A stretch of DNA of 64,000 bases from Azolla caroliniana (Eukaryota; Plantae; Polypodiophyta): contig JBHGNT010000010.1 of NCBI GenBank assembly GCA_043228905.1, positions 4,836,001-4,900,000 of the forward strand, written 5' to 3'. A model generated the notes under the pieces. The model ran no database searches, had not been told where the DNA came from, and was given only the letters and a program-made list of their open reading frames with translations. Each line of letters starts with the position of its first letter. Positions within the stretch are counted from its first letter, which is position 1. A program made the translations under genes and the position numbers. Below, in pieces: positions 36,958 through 50,736 of the stretch.

Positions 36958-37476
36958 CGTATCAAAATCGGAATGATGAAGAAGGCACTGAACCGGTCCT
37001 TCTCAATGAAAGATATGGGTCTGGCGAGATAGACCCCAGGGATGCACATAATTCGGGACCAAACGAAGAAGTTGTTGTGGTTGTCATAGGAGAAGTACAT
37101 GACAAAGGTGCTTCAAAGGTTCAACATGTCGAAAGCGAAGCTGGTCGGATCGACACTCCCAGAAAATTGCAAGTTTTCCGGAAAACAAAGCCCGAAGATC
37201 AAGGCTAAGAAGTCGAAAATGATGAAAATATTGTATGCCTCTGTAGTCGGAAGTCTCATGTATGCAATGGTGTGTACATGATCGAACATTGGATACGTAG
37301 TCGGAGTGGTAAGCCGGTTCATGAGCAATTCGGGAAAGGACCACTGGGGACCAATCAAGTGGATACTCTAATACCTAAAAGGCACCTTGAGCCTATGCCT
37401 CTAATTCGACTCCGGTAAACCCCTATTGGAAGGCTTCACCAATTCAAACATATCGTCTGATGCAAATACCAGCCGT
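36958..37476 (+). pseudogene. Copia F2 RT C-terminus (right part), truncated at the start of RNase H
   Basis: Motif YASVVGSLMYAMVCT. Continues the sequence interrupted at 5544. Confidence 0.88.
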
Positions 37477-39100
37477 CTATATCCGGAAAGTGTTATCAAT
37501 TGCATGGTTGTACCTAAAGGGAGGTAGGTTATTAATGTCTAGACCGTTTGCAAGAATCCAACTCACCATCATATCATACCATAAGCTACTATAACCAGAC
37601 TCATACAGTGACCGAGTGGCCTCAAAGGCTTGATAGAATATCCTATCATGTGGTTGGCCATGTATCCTATGAATAAAGACTACAAGTTGAAAAAGTGCCT
37701 CTACTAGCATCGGGGGTAAAGTGAACTCAACTCTAATAATGTCATGTGGTACAGTCCATTTGCTTTGGAGTTGGCGTGATAACATCATCACCAATGGTCT
37801 CTCTAATTGCTTCCACATTAAAGATGGTAGCCTTGGACCCCAAACCATTGATGCATACATGAGAGAGGGGGTTAATAATGAGTCAAAGATTCACCCCTTA
37901 GTCCGTGGCTCTTGGAAGTATGCTTGGTGACATTGTCTCTCTAGGAGTGAGAGGGATGCATGTCCTCTTGTAAGTCTATCCTTCGCTGCCTATGTCATCG
38001 AAAATTTACCTGAAAGTGACACCGAGATAGACATATGATCCAACCACCTCAACTGGGCTATGGGAGATGGTTAGGTGACATTTAGCTCTAACTTGGGCCA
38101 TTGTGTGAAAGATAAGGACTTTAGTTTTCCCTAGATTTACTACCAATCCTCGTTGTTTGCAAAAGTCATCTAAGGCATTTAGGTGCCTTTGTAGGTCGTG
38201 TTCGGATTCAGAGAGCAAAACTATGTCGTCCGCATAGAATAAGATACGAACCTGCGTATTCCCAAGGACTACTCCATTGCCTCCCTTACGAGCGATAAAA
38301 TATGTGATCTCATCAATGTAGATCCCAAAAAGAGTCGGTGATAGGGGGCAACCTTGTTTTACACCAATAGTGCGAGTGAAGCAATTGGATAGGCCACCTG
38401 GGCATCTGATGCACCTGGAAACTTGCTCATATAGCGTGTAGATGACCCAAATCATGTCATCTGGTATCCTCAAGCTTTTAAGCCTATCAAACAACCGCTC
38501 TCTAGGAAACGTGTCAAATGCCTTGCGGAAATCCACAAAACAACAATATAATTTCTTCTTGCGAGCCTTAGTCTCGTCAATTAAGCATCTAAGTGTGAAG
38601 ATATGATCAATAGTAGAAAAAGCTCGCCTAAAGCCAGCTTGTTCAGGTGCGCGAAGATTTAGGGTCTCCATATAATCACTAAGCTTTGCTTCTATTATTG
38701 CAAGTGTATGACCTATCATAATGGTCCTATATGTATTTGGGTCCATGGGGTCCCCTCCTTTATGTATGGGGGTCCTTGTGTTCATAGTCCATTGTGGTGG
38801 AAAACCCTGAGCGAGGGCACAATTAAATATTAGACTTAGAAAGGGAGTTAGGTACTCTCGCGCATATATGATGTGTTCTGCTCACAATCCTATGTGGTCC
38901 ATGAACTTCCTATGTTGTAATTTCTTTATTACCTTCAAGACCCTAGAGGTCGTGAAAAGCGTCCCCATGGTAGGTCGGGGTGTAGAAGGCATCGAAATGG
39001 GTGGCTGGTTTGGGATTTGGTAAAGTCTCTATGTATATGTGTGCCACGTGTTGAGATACCTCGATAGGTGTCTGTGGTCTTGGTTCCTGTAATCTCTTCC
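37477..39100 (-). mobile_element. Non-LTR retrotransposon (LINE, RTE/RTEX-like) RT region, degenerate
   Basis: Motifs QAGFR, FVDFRKAFD, GVKQGCPLSPTLF, YADDIVL and YVYLGV. Confidence 0.9.
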
Positions 39101-39561
39101 ACGTTGTCATGGAGAAAACCGTCCCTAGGCGGAATCGGAGAAAAATGTGCGCGAACTGGCCCTTATACGTAGGCACAAGTTTTGTTGTAATATATATATT
39201 TAGGTACAAGTCGGCATATGTGAATATCCTAGGTAGCATGCATTTGTTAGGTAGAAAATCGAGGCGTATCTCTGTCCGAAAAGGACAGAGAGTAAAGATG
39301 ATGTAACGGGTTGTGACGGCCTCCCTCCTTGGGCTATAAAAGAGAGGGAGAGGAATCGAAAAAAGGGACCGCTTTTGACGAGGACGAAGTGTTGTCGGAC
39401 TAGGACCGAGCTCTTCTTCTCTGTCTTTCTCTGTATTTGCTCTGTGCAGGTTTTCGGGAGGCTGACTCTACTCCACGGAACGCCCGAGTGCTTCCGGCCG
39501 AGTCTCCATCTCACGTGTGTGTGCGTGTGTGCGTGTGTGCGTCAGGGCTCATCGCTCACCG

Positions 39562-42500
39562 TGTTGGGATTACGGTCCCTCCGGATGGGATGGTCGGATG
39601 TCCGGGAATCGGGAATGAAGACCCGAATGAGGAGTACCCGATTCGGGATCCGGATGATGAAGACCCGGTTCCGGAGCCGGATGATGAAGACCCCGGTTTC
39701 GGATCCGGATGATGAAGACCCCGGCTACGGAGCCGGATGATGAGGACCCCGGCTACGGAGCCGGATGACGAATGTACCCGGAGAGAGATCCGGATGCGGG
39801 GACATATTTGTGAATATGTTTGCCAAGGGCCCTCGAGGCTATATTTGTAAATAGCCCGAAAGTCATATGTGTATAAATATGACTTAGGGCAAACAGTTTT
39901 GGTGCTGTTACTCATTTTTCTGGTTTCTACTTAGAGGGAGCTAAGTGAGCAGTAGAGAGAGAGAGAGAGAGAGACGAAGAGGTCGTTGCCTCTGTGTATT
40001 ACCGCCGCTTGTGGCGAAGACAGTGAGCTCAAGGTTGTTGCCTTGTAGCTTCACCATTGTACATCTCTGTTTTAGTGATAGTTGGAGTTTGAGGACTCCC
40101 GTGGTTTTTTCCCATTTAGGGTTTTCCACGTAAAACATCCAGTGTATTCTTCTCTCTATTGTCTTCGTGCATTTTGTATTTCCTGTTTTCTGTGAGTAGA
40201 TCCTATTCCTCGGTTGTGGCCGAGCGCTCTCTTTAACAAAGTGGTATCAGAGCGACGGTAACACAGAAAATGGAAGGCGGCGGTAGTGGGCCTCCGGGCA
40301 TGATGGTGTTGAACTCACAGAACTACGCCGACTGGAAGATAAAGATGGAAGACCTTCTCATCGTCCGAGACCTGTACGAACCGATCGACAATGCCGAGAT
40401 ACCCAAGGGGGTAATAGAGACGGAATGGAGGTTTCTGAACCGGAAAGCCGTTGCAACCATTCGGCAATACGTCGACGTGAGCGTTCTACAACATGTGGCG
40501 AACGACACCAACGCATATAAGATGTGGCGGAAGCTGTCGGGCCTCTACGAGAGGAAGAATGCGTTGAACCGAACCTCCCTGATGAGGAAGATAGTGAACC
40601 TCAAGTACCGGGACGGCGAGAGTATGGTGGAACACGTAAGCACGTTCATGGGATTCGTGAACCAGCTTGCGGCGATCAAGTTCCCATTGGAGGATGCAAT
40701 GCAAGCCATCATCCTGATGTGTACATTGCCGGAAAGCTGGGAGAACTTGGTGGTGACTCTCAGCACCTCCTGCACCGAAGATAACTTGTCCCTACAAACG
40801 GTAAAGACAAGTATTTTGAACGAAGAAGCGCGTCGGAGAGATAAAGAACCGGCCTCCGATCCGAAGATGCTGCTTACCGAATCGGATCGGGGAAGACAAC
40901 GGAACCGGAGTCCGCAAAGACGGGAGAAGTCGGGGACCCGGTCGTAGTCAAGAGGAAGGCCCACATGCTTCCACTGTGGGAAGCCGGGGCACTTCCGGAA
41001 GAATTGTCGGCATTACCGAAAAGACAACGGAGCCGACGACACCGATTCGAAGAAGTCACCGGAGCGAAACGGTGCATATCGGGGAGCCACGGACCGGAGA
41101 GGTCCGGATCGGCGAGGGCAGGACCGGAAAGGAACGACGGCACTCGCGGCAAGTGAAGAAGAGATAATGCTCATTACCGAAGAGAGGGAGCTGAACCTTG
41201 CCGGTGAAGAGATGACCTGGGTGGTCGATTCCGGAGCGTCGTTCCACCTGACCCCGGAGAAGAAATACTTCTCATCCTGCACAGCCGGTGAGCACGGCTG
41301 TGTCCGGATGGGAAATGAAGGTACATGCCGGATTGCCGGCATAGGAGACGTGTGGCTGATGACATCAACCGGATGCAAGATGCTGCTGAAGGATGTTCGA
41401 CACGTTCCGGAGGTTCGATTGAACCTGATTTCGGCCGGGAGGCTAGACGATGAAGGCTACACGGGTAGCATCCGGAACGGTGTCATGAAGTTTAGCAAAG
41501 GGAGCCTGATAGTGGCTCGGGCCCGGAAGGTCAACACACTGTACCTGATGAATTCCCGGCTATGTCCGGAGGAGCTGAACGTGGCAGCTGACGCTGCCGG
41601 TGAGCTGTGGCACAAGAGACTGTGCCACATGAGCGAGAAGGGGATGAAGAGGCTTGCAGAAGACAACCTTATTCCAGTGAAGCATGTGCATCTGGAGAAG
41701 TGCACCGATTGCCTGGCCGGTAAGCAGAACCGAGCCTCCTTCCACTCAAGGCCACCGATGAGACGTAGCGCACCATTAGAGTTGGTGCACACTGACGTGT
41801 GTCAAGTAGAAACGAAGTCACATGGTGGAGCCCAGTACTTCGTGACATTCATTGATGACCACAGCCGGAAGCTGTGGACGGCACCGTTGAAGACAAAGGA
41901 CCAAGTGTTGTGCGTCTTCAAAGAACTCCACGCGAGAGTGGAAAGAGAATCCGGCAAGAAGCTGAAAGCACTACGAGCGGATAACGGAGGAGAATACCGA
42001 GGGCAATTTGAGGAGTATTGCCGTTCGATGGGAATCCGGCTCGAGTTTACTGTGCCGAAGACACCGGAACTGAACGGGTTGGCCGAGAGGATGAACCGGA
42101 CCATAATGGAGAGGGTCCGGAGTATGCTAGCACATGCGAAATTACCCAAGGGATTTTGGGCTGAGGCAATGTCGACGGCGACATATGTGATAAATAGATC
42201 ACCCTCAGTACCCCTGGATGGAGACACGCCACAGAGAGTGTGGACCGGTAGGGAAGTATCCTACCGGCATCTGAAGGTGTTCGGATGTCTCGCATACGTG
42301 CATGTGGCAAAGGACCGGAGAGGAAAGTTAGATCCAAAGACCCGGCCATGCATATTCCTCGGTTACGGCGACGACGAGTTCGGCTACCGAGTATGGGACC
42401 CGGTCGACAAGAAGATATTCAGGAGTTGTGATATCATCTTCATGGAGGACAAGACACTCGCTGACTGGGAGTCAGAGAAGAAGATGAAGAGCTCCAAGTC

Positions 42501-45003
42501 GACCGGTGAGAATCAACTCTACGAAGAGCAGTCCCGACCGGCAAGGGACCGGTTAGCACTCGAGGATCCGGCCGAGGAAGATGAAACTGATACCGGAACC
42601 GGCCCCGATCCCGAAATGGATTCGGATGAAGAGGAAACGGAGGAGCCGGTTACCGAAGCTCCGGAACGGAGATATCCTCTAAGAGAGAGAAGGGCCCCCC
42701 GGAGATTTCCGGAACCAGAGCACGTGTTGCTAACCGACGAGGGGGAGCCGGAGAGTTTTGAAGAAGCAAAGCTTGACACCCATAGCCGCAGGTGGTTAAG
42801 TGCCATGCAGGAGGAGATGGATTCTCTGCATGAGAACCACACATATGAACTTGTGGAGTTGCCGAAAGGAAAGCGGGCACTTCGAAACAAGTGGGTGTTC
42901 AAGCTGAAACCGGGAGATGCCGGAAACCCCCCGAGATACAAAGCCAGGATCGTGGTGAAGGGGTTCCAGCAGAAGAAGGGCGTCGACTTCGACGAGATAT
43001 TTGCCCCGGTAGTGAAGATGACCTGCATCCGGACGGTGTTGAGCATAGCGGCAAGCATGGACCTCGAGGTAGTACAGATGGACGTGAAGACGGCATTCCT
43101 TCACGGTGACCTCGAAGAAGAGATCTACATGCAGCAACCGGAAGGATTCGAGAAGAAAGGGAAGGAGCACCTGGTATGCCGGTTGAAGAAGAGCCTTTAC
43201 GGACTGAAGCAGGCTCCCCGGCAATGGTACCGGAAGTTCGACTCTTTCATGACCGACGAAGGGTACCACAAAACGCAGTCCGATCACTGCGTGTTTGTGA
43301 AGAAGTTCGAAGGAGGAGACTTTCTAATACTCCTCCTGTACGTGGACGACATGTTGATCGTCGGACGAGACCAGGTCAAGATACGGATGCTGAAGAAAGA
43401 GCTTCACCGAACCTTCTCAATGAAGGACCTGGGTCCGGCGAGGCAAATACTGGGGATGCACATCATCCGGGACCGGAAGAAGAAGCAGTTGTGGCTGTCA
43501 CAGGAGAAGTACGTGACAAAGGTGCTTCACCGGTTCAACATGTTGGAAGCAAGACCGGTCGGGTCACCCCTCCCGGCAAACTGCAAGTTGTCCAGCAAGC
43601 AAAGCCCCAAGACAAGGGCTGAGAAGGAGGACATGATGAAAGTACCATATGCCTCTGCCGTCGGAAGCTTGATGTACGCGATGGTGTGTACAAGACCGGA
43701 CATAGGATATGCAGTCGGAGTGGTGAGCCGGTACATGAGCAATCCCGGCAAAGAGCACTGGAACGCGGCCAAGTGGATACTCCGATACCTGAAGGGCACG
43801 GCAAACGTATGCCTCCGATTCGGCTCCGGTAAGCCCGAACTCGACGGCTTTACCGATTCGGATATGTCGGCTGATGCAGATACCAGCCGGTCCACATCAG
43901 GGTATGTGATGACGTATGCAGGTGGAGCTGTTTCGTGGCAGTCGAGGCTGCAGAAGACGGTTGCGTTGTCAACCACGGAGGCGGAGTACATAGCGGCTGT
44001 TGAAGCCGGAAAGGAAATAATATGGATGAAGGACTTCATTAGAGAGCTCGGTATCCGGCAGGAGGAGTACCGGCTCTACTGCGATAGTCAGAGTGCCATC
44101 CACCTTGCGAAGAACGCGGCCTACCATTCCCGGATGAAACACATCCAGCGTAGATACCACTGGATCCGGGAAAGGATAGAAGACAAGGAGTTCGTGCTGA
44201 CGAAGATCCACACGGACGAGAACGGGTCAGATATGCTGACCAAAGTGCTCACACCCGACAAGCTGGAAGCGTGCCGGAAGAGGGTCGGACTGGAAAGACA
44301 TCCCATGCCGAAGTGAAGGGGGAGTTTGTTGGGATTACGGTCCCTCCGGATGGGATGGTCGGATGTCCGGGAATCGGGAATGAAGACCCGAATGAGGAGT
44401 ACCCGGTTCGGGATCCGGATGATGAAGACCCGGTTCCGGAGCCGGATGATGAAGACCCCGGTTTCGGATCCGGATGATGAAGACCCCGGCTACGGAGCCG
44501 GATGATGAGGACCCCGGCTACGGAGCCGGATGACGAATGTACCCGGAGAGAGATCCGGATGCGGGGACATATTTGTGAATATGTTTGCCAAGGGCCCTCG
44601 AGGCTATATTTGTAAATAGCCCGAAAGTCATATGTGTATAAATATGACTTAGGGCAAACAGTTTTGGTGCTGTTACTCATTTTTCTGGTTTCTACTTAGA
44701 GGGAGCTAAGTGAGCAGTAGAGAGAGAGAGAGAGAGAGACGAAGAGGTCGTTGCCTCTGTGTATTACCGCCGCCTGTGGCGAAGATAGTGAGCTCAAGGT
44801 TGTTGCCTTGTAGCTTCACCATTGTACATCTCTGTTTTAGTGATAGTTGGAGTTTGAGGACTCCCGTGGTTTTTTCCCATTTAGGGTTTTCCACGTAAAA
44901 CATCCAGTGTATTCTTCTCTCTATTGTCTTCGTGCATTTTGTATTTCCTGTTTTCTGTGAGTAGATCCTATTCCTCGGTTGTGGCCGAGCGCTCTCTTTA
45001 ACA
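39562..45003 (+). mobile_element. Young full-length Ty1/Copia element E (Tnt1/Tork-like)
   Basis: 677-bp LTRs 39562-40238 and 44327-45003, with three differences found by eye. Perfect TSD CACCG. Met PBS TGGTATCAGAGC at 40242-40253. PPT GAAGGGGGAG at 44315-44324. Confidence 0.97.
40270..44316 (+). CDS. gag-pol: Copia E gag-pol polyprotein in a single frame with one internal TAG (40945-40947)
   Basis: ORFs 40270-40947 and 41167-44316 share a frame. Contains CCHC knuckle, DSGAS, integrase HHCC and DDE, YVDD, and RNase H. Confidence 0.93.
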
Positions 45004-45277
45004 CACCGGCCCTCCGGCTGTAACCCCTTTCATCTGATATATATACATACACATACACACATTCATCTTGTTTCAATCAGTTGCGGTTTCTGTGTATTTG
45101 TGCGTGTGCGAAGCACGGTCATCGCTAGCACGGCCATTGTCTTTCTTGCTCCCCTCTCTCTCTCTCTTATCCCTCAGACCAAGACCCTCGCGGTCCCGCC
45201 TCGTTCTACATGCACGCACGTAATAAGGCGACATATTTGGTGAACCTGACGTGAATAGGCGGCAGAGGAATAGGAAG

Positions 45278-48200
45278 ATGAGGGGATTGGAGCTTGCAGA
45301 AGCCATGGTTTCAGTTGTGGATCGGATAGTGAGTGTGCGCGAAGGCCTAGGTGCCCTCAATAGGGCCATTGAAGCGATCGTTGGCACAATAGGACGGTTC
45401 GGCGGAAAGGATGCCACAAGCTATTTGGTGGCCTACCGAGCCGAAATGATGATGAGGGACATTCCGGAGGACAGGCGACTGACCGGATTCCCTCAGGTGG
45501 CAATGTCGAGCATCCATGCGGAGGTGCTCGAGGTACGAGCTGAGAGCCAGACCTAGGAAGAATTTGAAGGTCAACTCCTTGAGAAATACGGGCTTGATGA
45601 CGTGCTTTGGCTATCGAAGCAGGACTTCATGGACTGGGTGGAGACCCCTCAAAAGGGGAGAAACGTGTCGGTGCTCCTCTAGGAGTTTGAAGAACGCTTC
45701 GCGCGTCTTTCGGCGCTAGACCGGACCGTACTGGACACAAGTCGTGTTCTATTGTTTGTTAAATCGGTGGACGTGAGGAACTGGGAGCAAGTGGGCCTCC
45801 TGCTGGAGACTTACGACAGGCTGACGGCTGACTGGGCCGTGGTGAAGAGAGTTTGCGGGCATTTCGACAAATGACGAGATTGGGTCGATAAAGGCTTGGC
45901 GGGGGCAGGCTCTGTTGCGCCAAGGAAGCTCAAGGTACCCCCACAGACGCGAAGGGAGGAGACCCGAGATTGGCTTGAGACTGGCTCGACTTCGACCAGC
46001 GTGGTCAAGGGCCCGTCCGGAGGTGCGGCTCTAGAGGAGCTGACTCAGATGGTCAGGGACCTCCAGATTGCACAGGCACGGAGGGATAGCGGCGAACAAG
46101 CCCGCGACTGAATGCCTCCTGCCGGGCATCGGTGCTTGTGGTGCGACGCGGTCGGCCACGCTCGGAAGGAGTGCGGGGATTTCCCCGAAGCTATAAGGTC
46201 TAACGTGGTGTACCTGTGGAACGGGCGTGTACACGCTAGCGAAACTAGGAGGGCCCTGCAACTGAACGTGGGACGAGGGGGGATGAAGCGGCTGATGGAA
46301 GAAGCGACGGCTCGCCACACGGAGACCGTCGACAGGAATCCGGGTCGAGAGCGACGAAATCCGGAAGATGAAAGACTCCGGGTTATGGCCATTGATGCTA
46401 GAAGGCCTCGCCGGTGTACAATTGAGGAAAGAGGAAGCGGACCACGCAGAAAGACGGGTCCGGGAGGTAATCGGGTGGAGTGACCTAGTCGAAGAAAAGA
46501 CGGGCTTCGTAGAAGCCGCGTGCCACAACTACGAGGTTCTGGTGGAAGAGAAGCATGCGGGAAAGACCGGAGGGTCTGGACCCTCGCAACAGTATGAGAC
46601 CCGGTTTGGGCAGAGGCAGAATGACGTCGGTGCATCCAGCGTGCTGGACAAGGCCAAGAAGGCCGGTTACCGGTTGAGCATAGCGATCGAAAGGACCACG
46701 GACCTACGAAAGGTCCTGGAGGAACAGATCCTCGACAGCAAAGTGGAGTTGTCGCTGAGGGAAGTGCTTAGCATCGCCAAAAAGGAGTTCCACGACTCCA
46801 TCGTAAACTTGGTAAAACGGAAGAGGCTTTCAACGGAACTGGAGCCGAAGTCGGATAAGCGTAGGTGGACCACGGTTTGGAAATCAACATGATGTCCATG
46901 GACTTTTACAAGAAGGGCAAGTGGCCAATCAACACCAAGCATGGGTGGAAAATATGAGCGGCGACGCGCGTCAAGGAGGAGCTACATGGAGCATGCCCAA
47001 ACGTACAAGTGAAAATCAATGATGTCGAGATCGATCAGCACTTCTTTGTGCAGGAGACATCCTCGCATCCGGTGATACTCGAGGAATCGTACATCACAGC
47101 GGCGCGAATGGAGACGAAGGTGTTGGACAACGGTTCGGCGTACGCGCGAGTCAAGAGCCAGGACGGGCGTCACTTCGTCCAATTTCTGACGGTACGACCG
47201 AACCATGAACGAAACCGAGAGACCCTCGGCAGCGAAAGTCAAGGGGATTTTTAGAGAGGGCTATCAAGGCGTGGGGCCACAATAGTCCGGACACTCCGGA
47301 GAAACCCCACACGTGTGCAGTAGGCAGAAGAACCTGTAACATAGGTAGGAAGTTTTGGTTCTCCAACAATGGAGGTTGTACAATAGCCGGCGTCGTTGGC
47401 CGGGAGAAGAAGCGGACAGAAGAGCGACTCAGGGCATGCGGAGTCCTCGGCCCCGGAGAGGATATCAACGGAGCCGTGGAGGCGGTCTCTTTCGACGACA
47501 CCTTGGGGAAGCTACGGGAGGTGTTCGGAGAGGACCTTAGTGGAGACCGGACAATTCCGGTATGTACGGAAAAGATGTACGAAGTCATCGCCGACTTCGG
47601 TAGAGGACTCGAGTCGGATCGGACGGCTCGAGTGGATATGAAGTACAAGACTGTGGACCGGAAGGTGAGGCCAGTCGTGGCACCCTTGCCGGAGGGCAGC
47701 GAGTTACGGATGAAGGCGGTCGCGTCAGACCCAAGTTTACGAGATCCGGCTGGCATAGGACACCGATTCATCGACACAATGCTATGGGAGCTCAAGGTCG
47801 GGGGGGCGGCTTTCTACTGCTGACGGAGGAGAGCCAGTTTCGGAGAATGCTCGGGAGGCATGAGAAGGCCTTCGCATTCTCGCCGGAGGAGATCGGGTGC
47901 GTAGACCCGATGATTGTGGAATCGATGGTGATCTTCACAGTACCGCATGTATCGTGGAATCGCAAACCGATTCCAGTACCCAGAGCTCACATCCCGAAGC
48001 TGATGGAGCTGTTGAAACAAAAGGCGGATATGGGCATCCTCGAACCATCGAGCGCCCTGTATTCTAATCGGTGGTTTATTGTGCCCAAGAAGAACGGCAC
48101 GTTGTGCTTCATTCAGGACCTGCAACCGGTCAACAAGGTGACCATTCGGAACGCAGGAATCGGACCGACCATAGATGAGTTCGCGGAGGCCTTCGCCAGA

Positions 48201-50736
48201 AGGTTAATTTACTCGGTCGGTGATCTGTACTCGGGATACGATCAGTTCCAGCTAGCCGTGGAGAGCAGGGACATTACAACGATGCGGACTCCCCTCGGCC
48301 TAGTACGGATGTGTACCCTTCCGCAAGGAGGGACGAATTCGGTAGCCCACATGGTGAACGCAATGAACAAGGTGCTAGGGGATTGTATCCCGGATGTCAC
48401 CATGCCGTTCTTAGACGACATCCCGATCAAGGATGCCCGGTGGAGTATAAGGACAAGACAATCGGACCGGACGGATGCCGGAAATTCGTAGCGGACCACG
48501 TCGCTGACTGCGAGAAGGTGCTGCGAAGACTAGAAGGCGTGAGGCTCACCTTCTCCAGGGAAAAATCGTCCTTCGGGCAATCGGAGATCATGGTCGTCGG
48601 ACACCTATGCGGGCCATATGGTCGGAAACCATCACCGGCCAAGGTAGAGGCCATCTCTGCGATGAAGCGCGACTGCAATTCGGTCACAGAAGTCCGGAGA
48701 TTCTTGGGAGCATGTGCGTTCTACCATATCTGGATCCCGCATTACGCCCACGTCGTGGAGCTGCTCTATGGACTGTTGAAGAAAGGGCGTATATTCGAGT
48801 GGAGAGAGGAGCATACGGAGTCGGTCCGGAAAATGAAAGAAGCACTTGCTGCAGCACCGGCACTCCGGAAAGCGGTCTACGGTAAAGACATTCCAATTTA
48901 CATGACCGTAGACACAAGTCCGACCAGAATCAGATGGGTAATCAACCAGGAGGATGAGAGCAGCACAAGGTTCCCCATTCGGTTCGGTGCGAAAGTTCTT
49001 GGTGAACGACAATGAGGTTACTCCTAGGTTAAACGCGAACTCTGGCGTATCGTTTCGGCGGTCAAGGCCAACAAAGACTACCTCATCGGGACGGAGGTGA
49101 TAATTGAGACAGACTGCCTATTGATTCTCGGCATGGTTTCCGGATGCGCGATGCCAGACCTGGCAATGCTCAGGTGGATAGTGTACGTCAAGTCCCTGAA
49201 TCTGGAATTACGACACATTTCCGGAAAGGACAACACCATGGCCGACATGCTTTCGAGGGCGAGATTCAATGATGAGGACGGCATGGTTTTGGAGGACAAA
49301 GAACTCAACGTGGACTTCTTCGAGACGGCATACGTAACGACAAGGAAGGGGAGCACTCCGGCGCTTAACGAGTTCGATGAGAGCAAGTACGATAGGCAGT
49401 GGCTCCGGATCGGCGGGTTCCTGAAGACAATGACATCGGACGTGGTGTGGACAAAGGAAGAGACCAACCAGGTTCGGAAGAAAGTGTACCGATTCTTCCT
49501 ACGGGATGGGTGCATATGGAAGCACCCGAAGAAGAGAAACGGCATCCCGCTCCGGGTTGTGGCGAAGAAAGAGGAACAGGTGGAACTGTTGACGGCATAC
49601 CACGAGAGTTCCTGGGCCGGACACCGCGGGACGTGGGCCACATTCGAGAAGTTGAAGGGGAAGTACTGGTGGCTAGGACTATACCGGGATGTGCATCGGT
49701 TCATGACGACTTGCGAAAGCTGTCAGATGCACTCCATAGTCCAACATCGGGACGAGCTTCACCCAACCTACCCTCCGATCGTCCACTTCAAGTGATTGGT
49801 GGATCTGGTGACAATGTCGATGGGGGTAGGGCAAATGCGATATTTGGTGTAGGCTCGAGAGGACCTGACGAACCAGGTGCAAGGCAAAGCGTTGCAAAAC
49901 AAAACGATCGCGACCGTGTGCCGAGTTCTGATCGAAGAAGTGGTATGCCGGTACGGGTGCGTAGGAAAGATCGTAGCCGACCGCGGAGAACTGGACGCAC
50001 AAGAGGCTGAAGAGTTGTTTGACCGACTAGGGGTTAAACTCTCACTTACCAGGTGTACAATCCGGAGGCGAACGGGAAGGTGGAACGCGGACACAGGCCG
50101 ATTGTCAAAGCGTTAGTGCAAGCATGTGGCGGCCAAGTCGGGACCTGGCCACAGCTCTTACCCTATGCATTGGGGGCCGACCGAATTACGCACAGTTCGG
50201 TAACCGGGTTCATGCCGGCGGAGCTTATGTACGGACAGAAGCCGGTCATGCCAATGGAACGAACGATCTCCTCATGGGCCACAGTGGACTGGAGAGACGA
50301 GATGAGCCGGGAGGAGCTATTAGCAGCGCAGATCCGGCAACTCGAGCGAAGACCGGAGGATGTGGAGCGAGCCGCGGAAAAGTTGCGGGTCGCGAGGGTA
50401 AATAACAAGGGACGATTCGACCGAACTCACCGACTAAGGCCGAAGAAAATCGAGGAAGGCGACTAGGTTGTGGTTTATGACAGCAGCCTCGACAACCAGC
50501 ACAAGGCGATGCGGAAGTTCGCAAGGAGGTGGTTCGGGCCTTACGTGGTGACAAGCGCCAACGACAACGGGACCTACCATCTCGCGGAGCTTGACGGGAT
50601 AAGGATGGCGGTACCGGTGGGGGGAAAAAGGGTCAAAGTGTTCAAAAAGCGGCATCACGATGAACCAGACCCGGACGACTTGGATAGCGAGGACGACCAT
50701 TTCGGAGCGAATGACGATTCGGAGGACGAAGGGTAA
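45278..50736 (+). pseudogene. Gypsy H gag-PR and pol, degenerate
   Basis: Colinear with element A. Carries FLDD and DTSP motifs and the integrase, with several stops and frameshifts. Confidence 0.92.
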
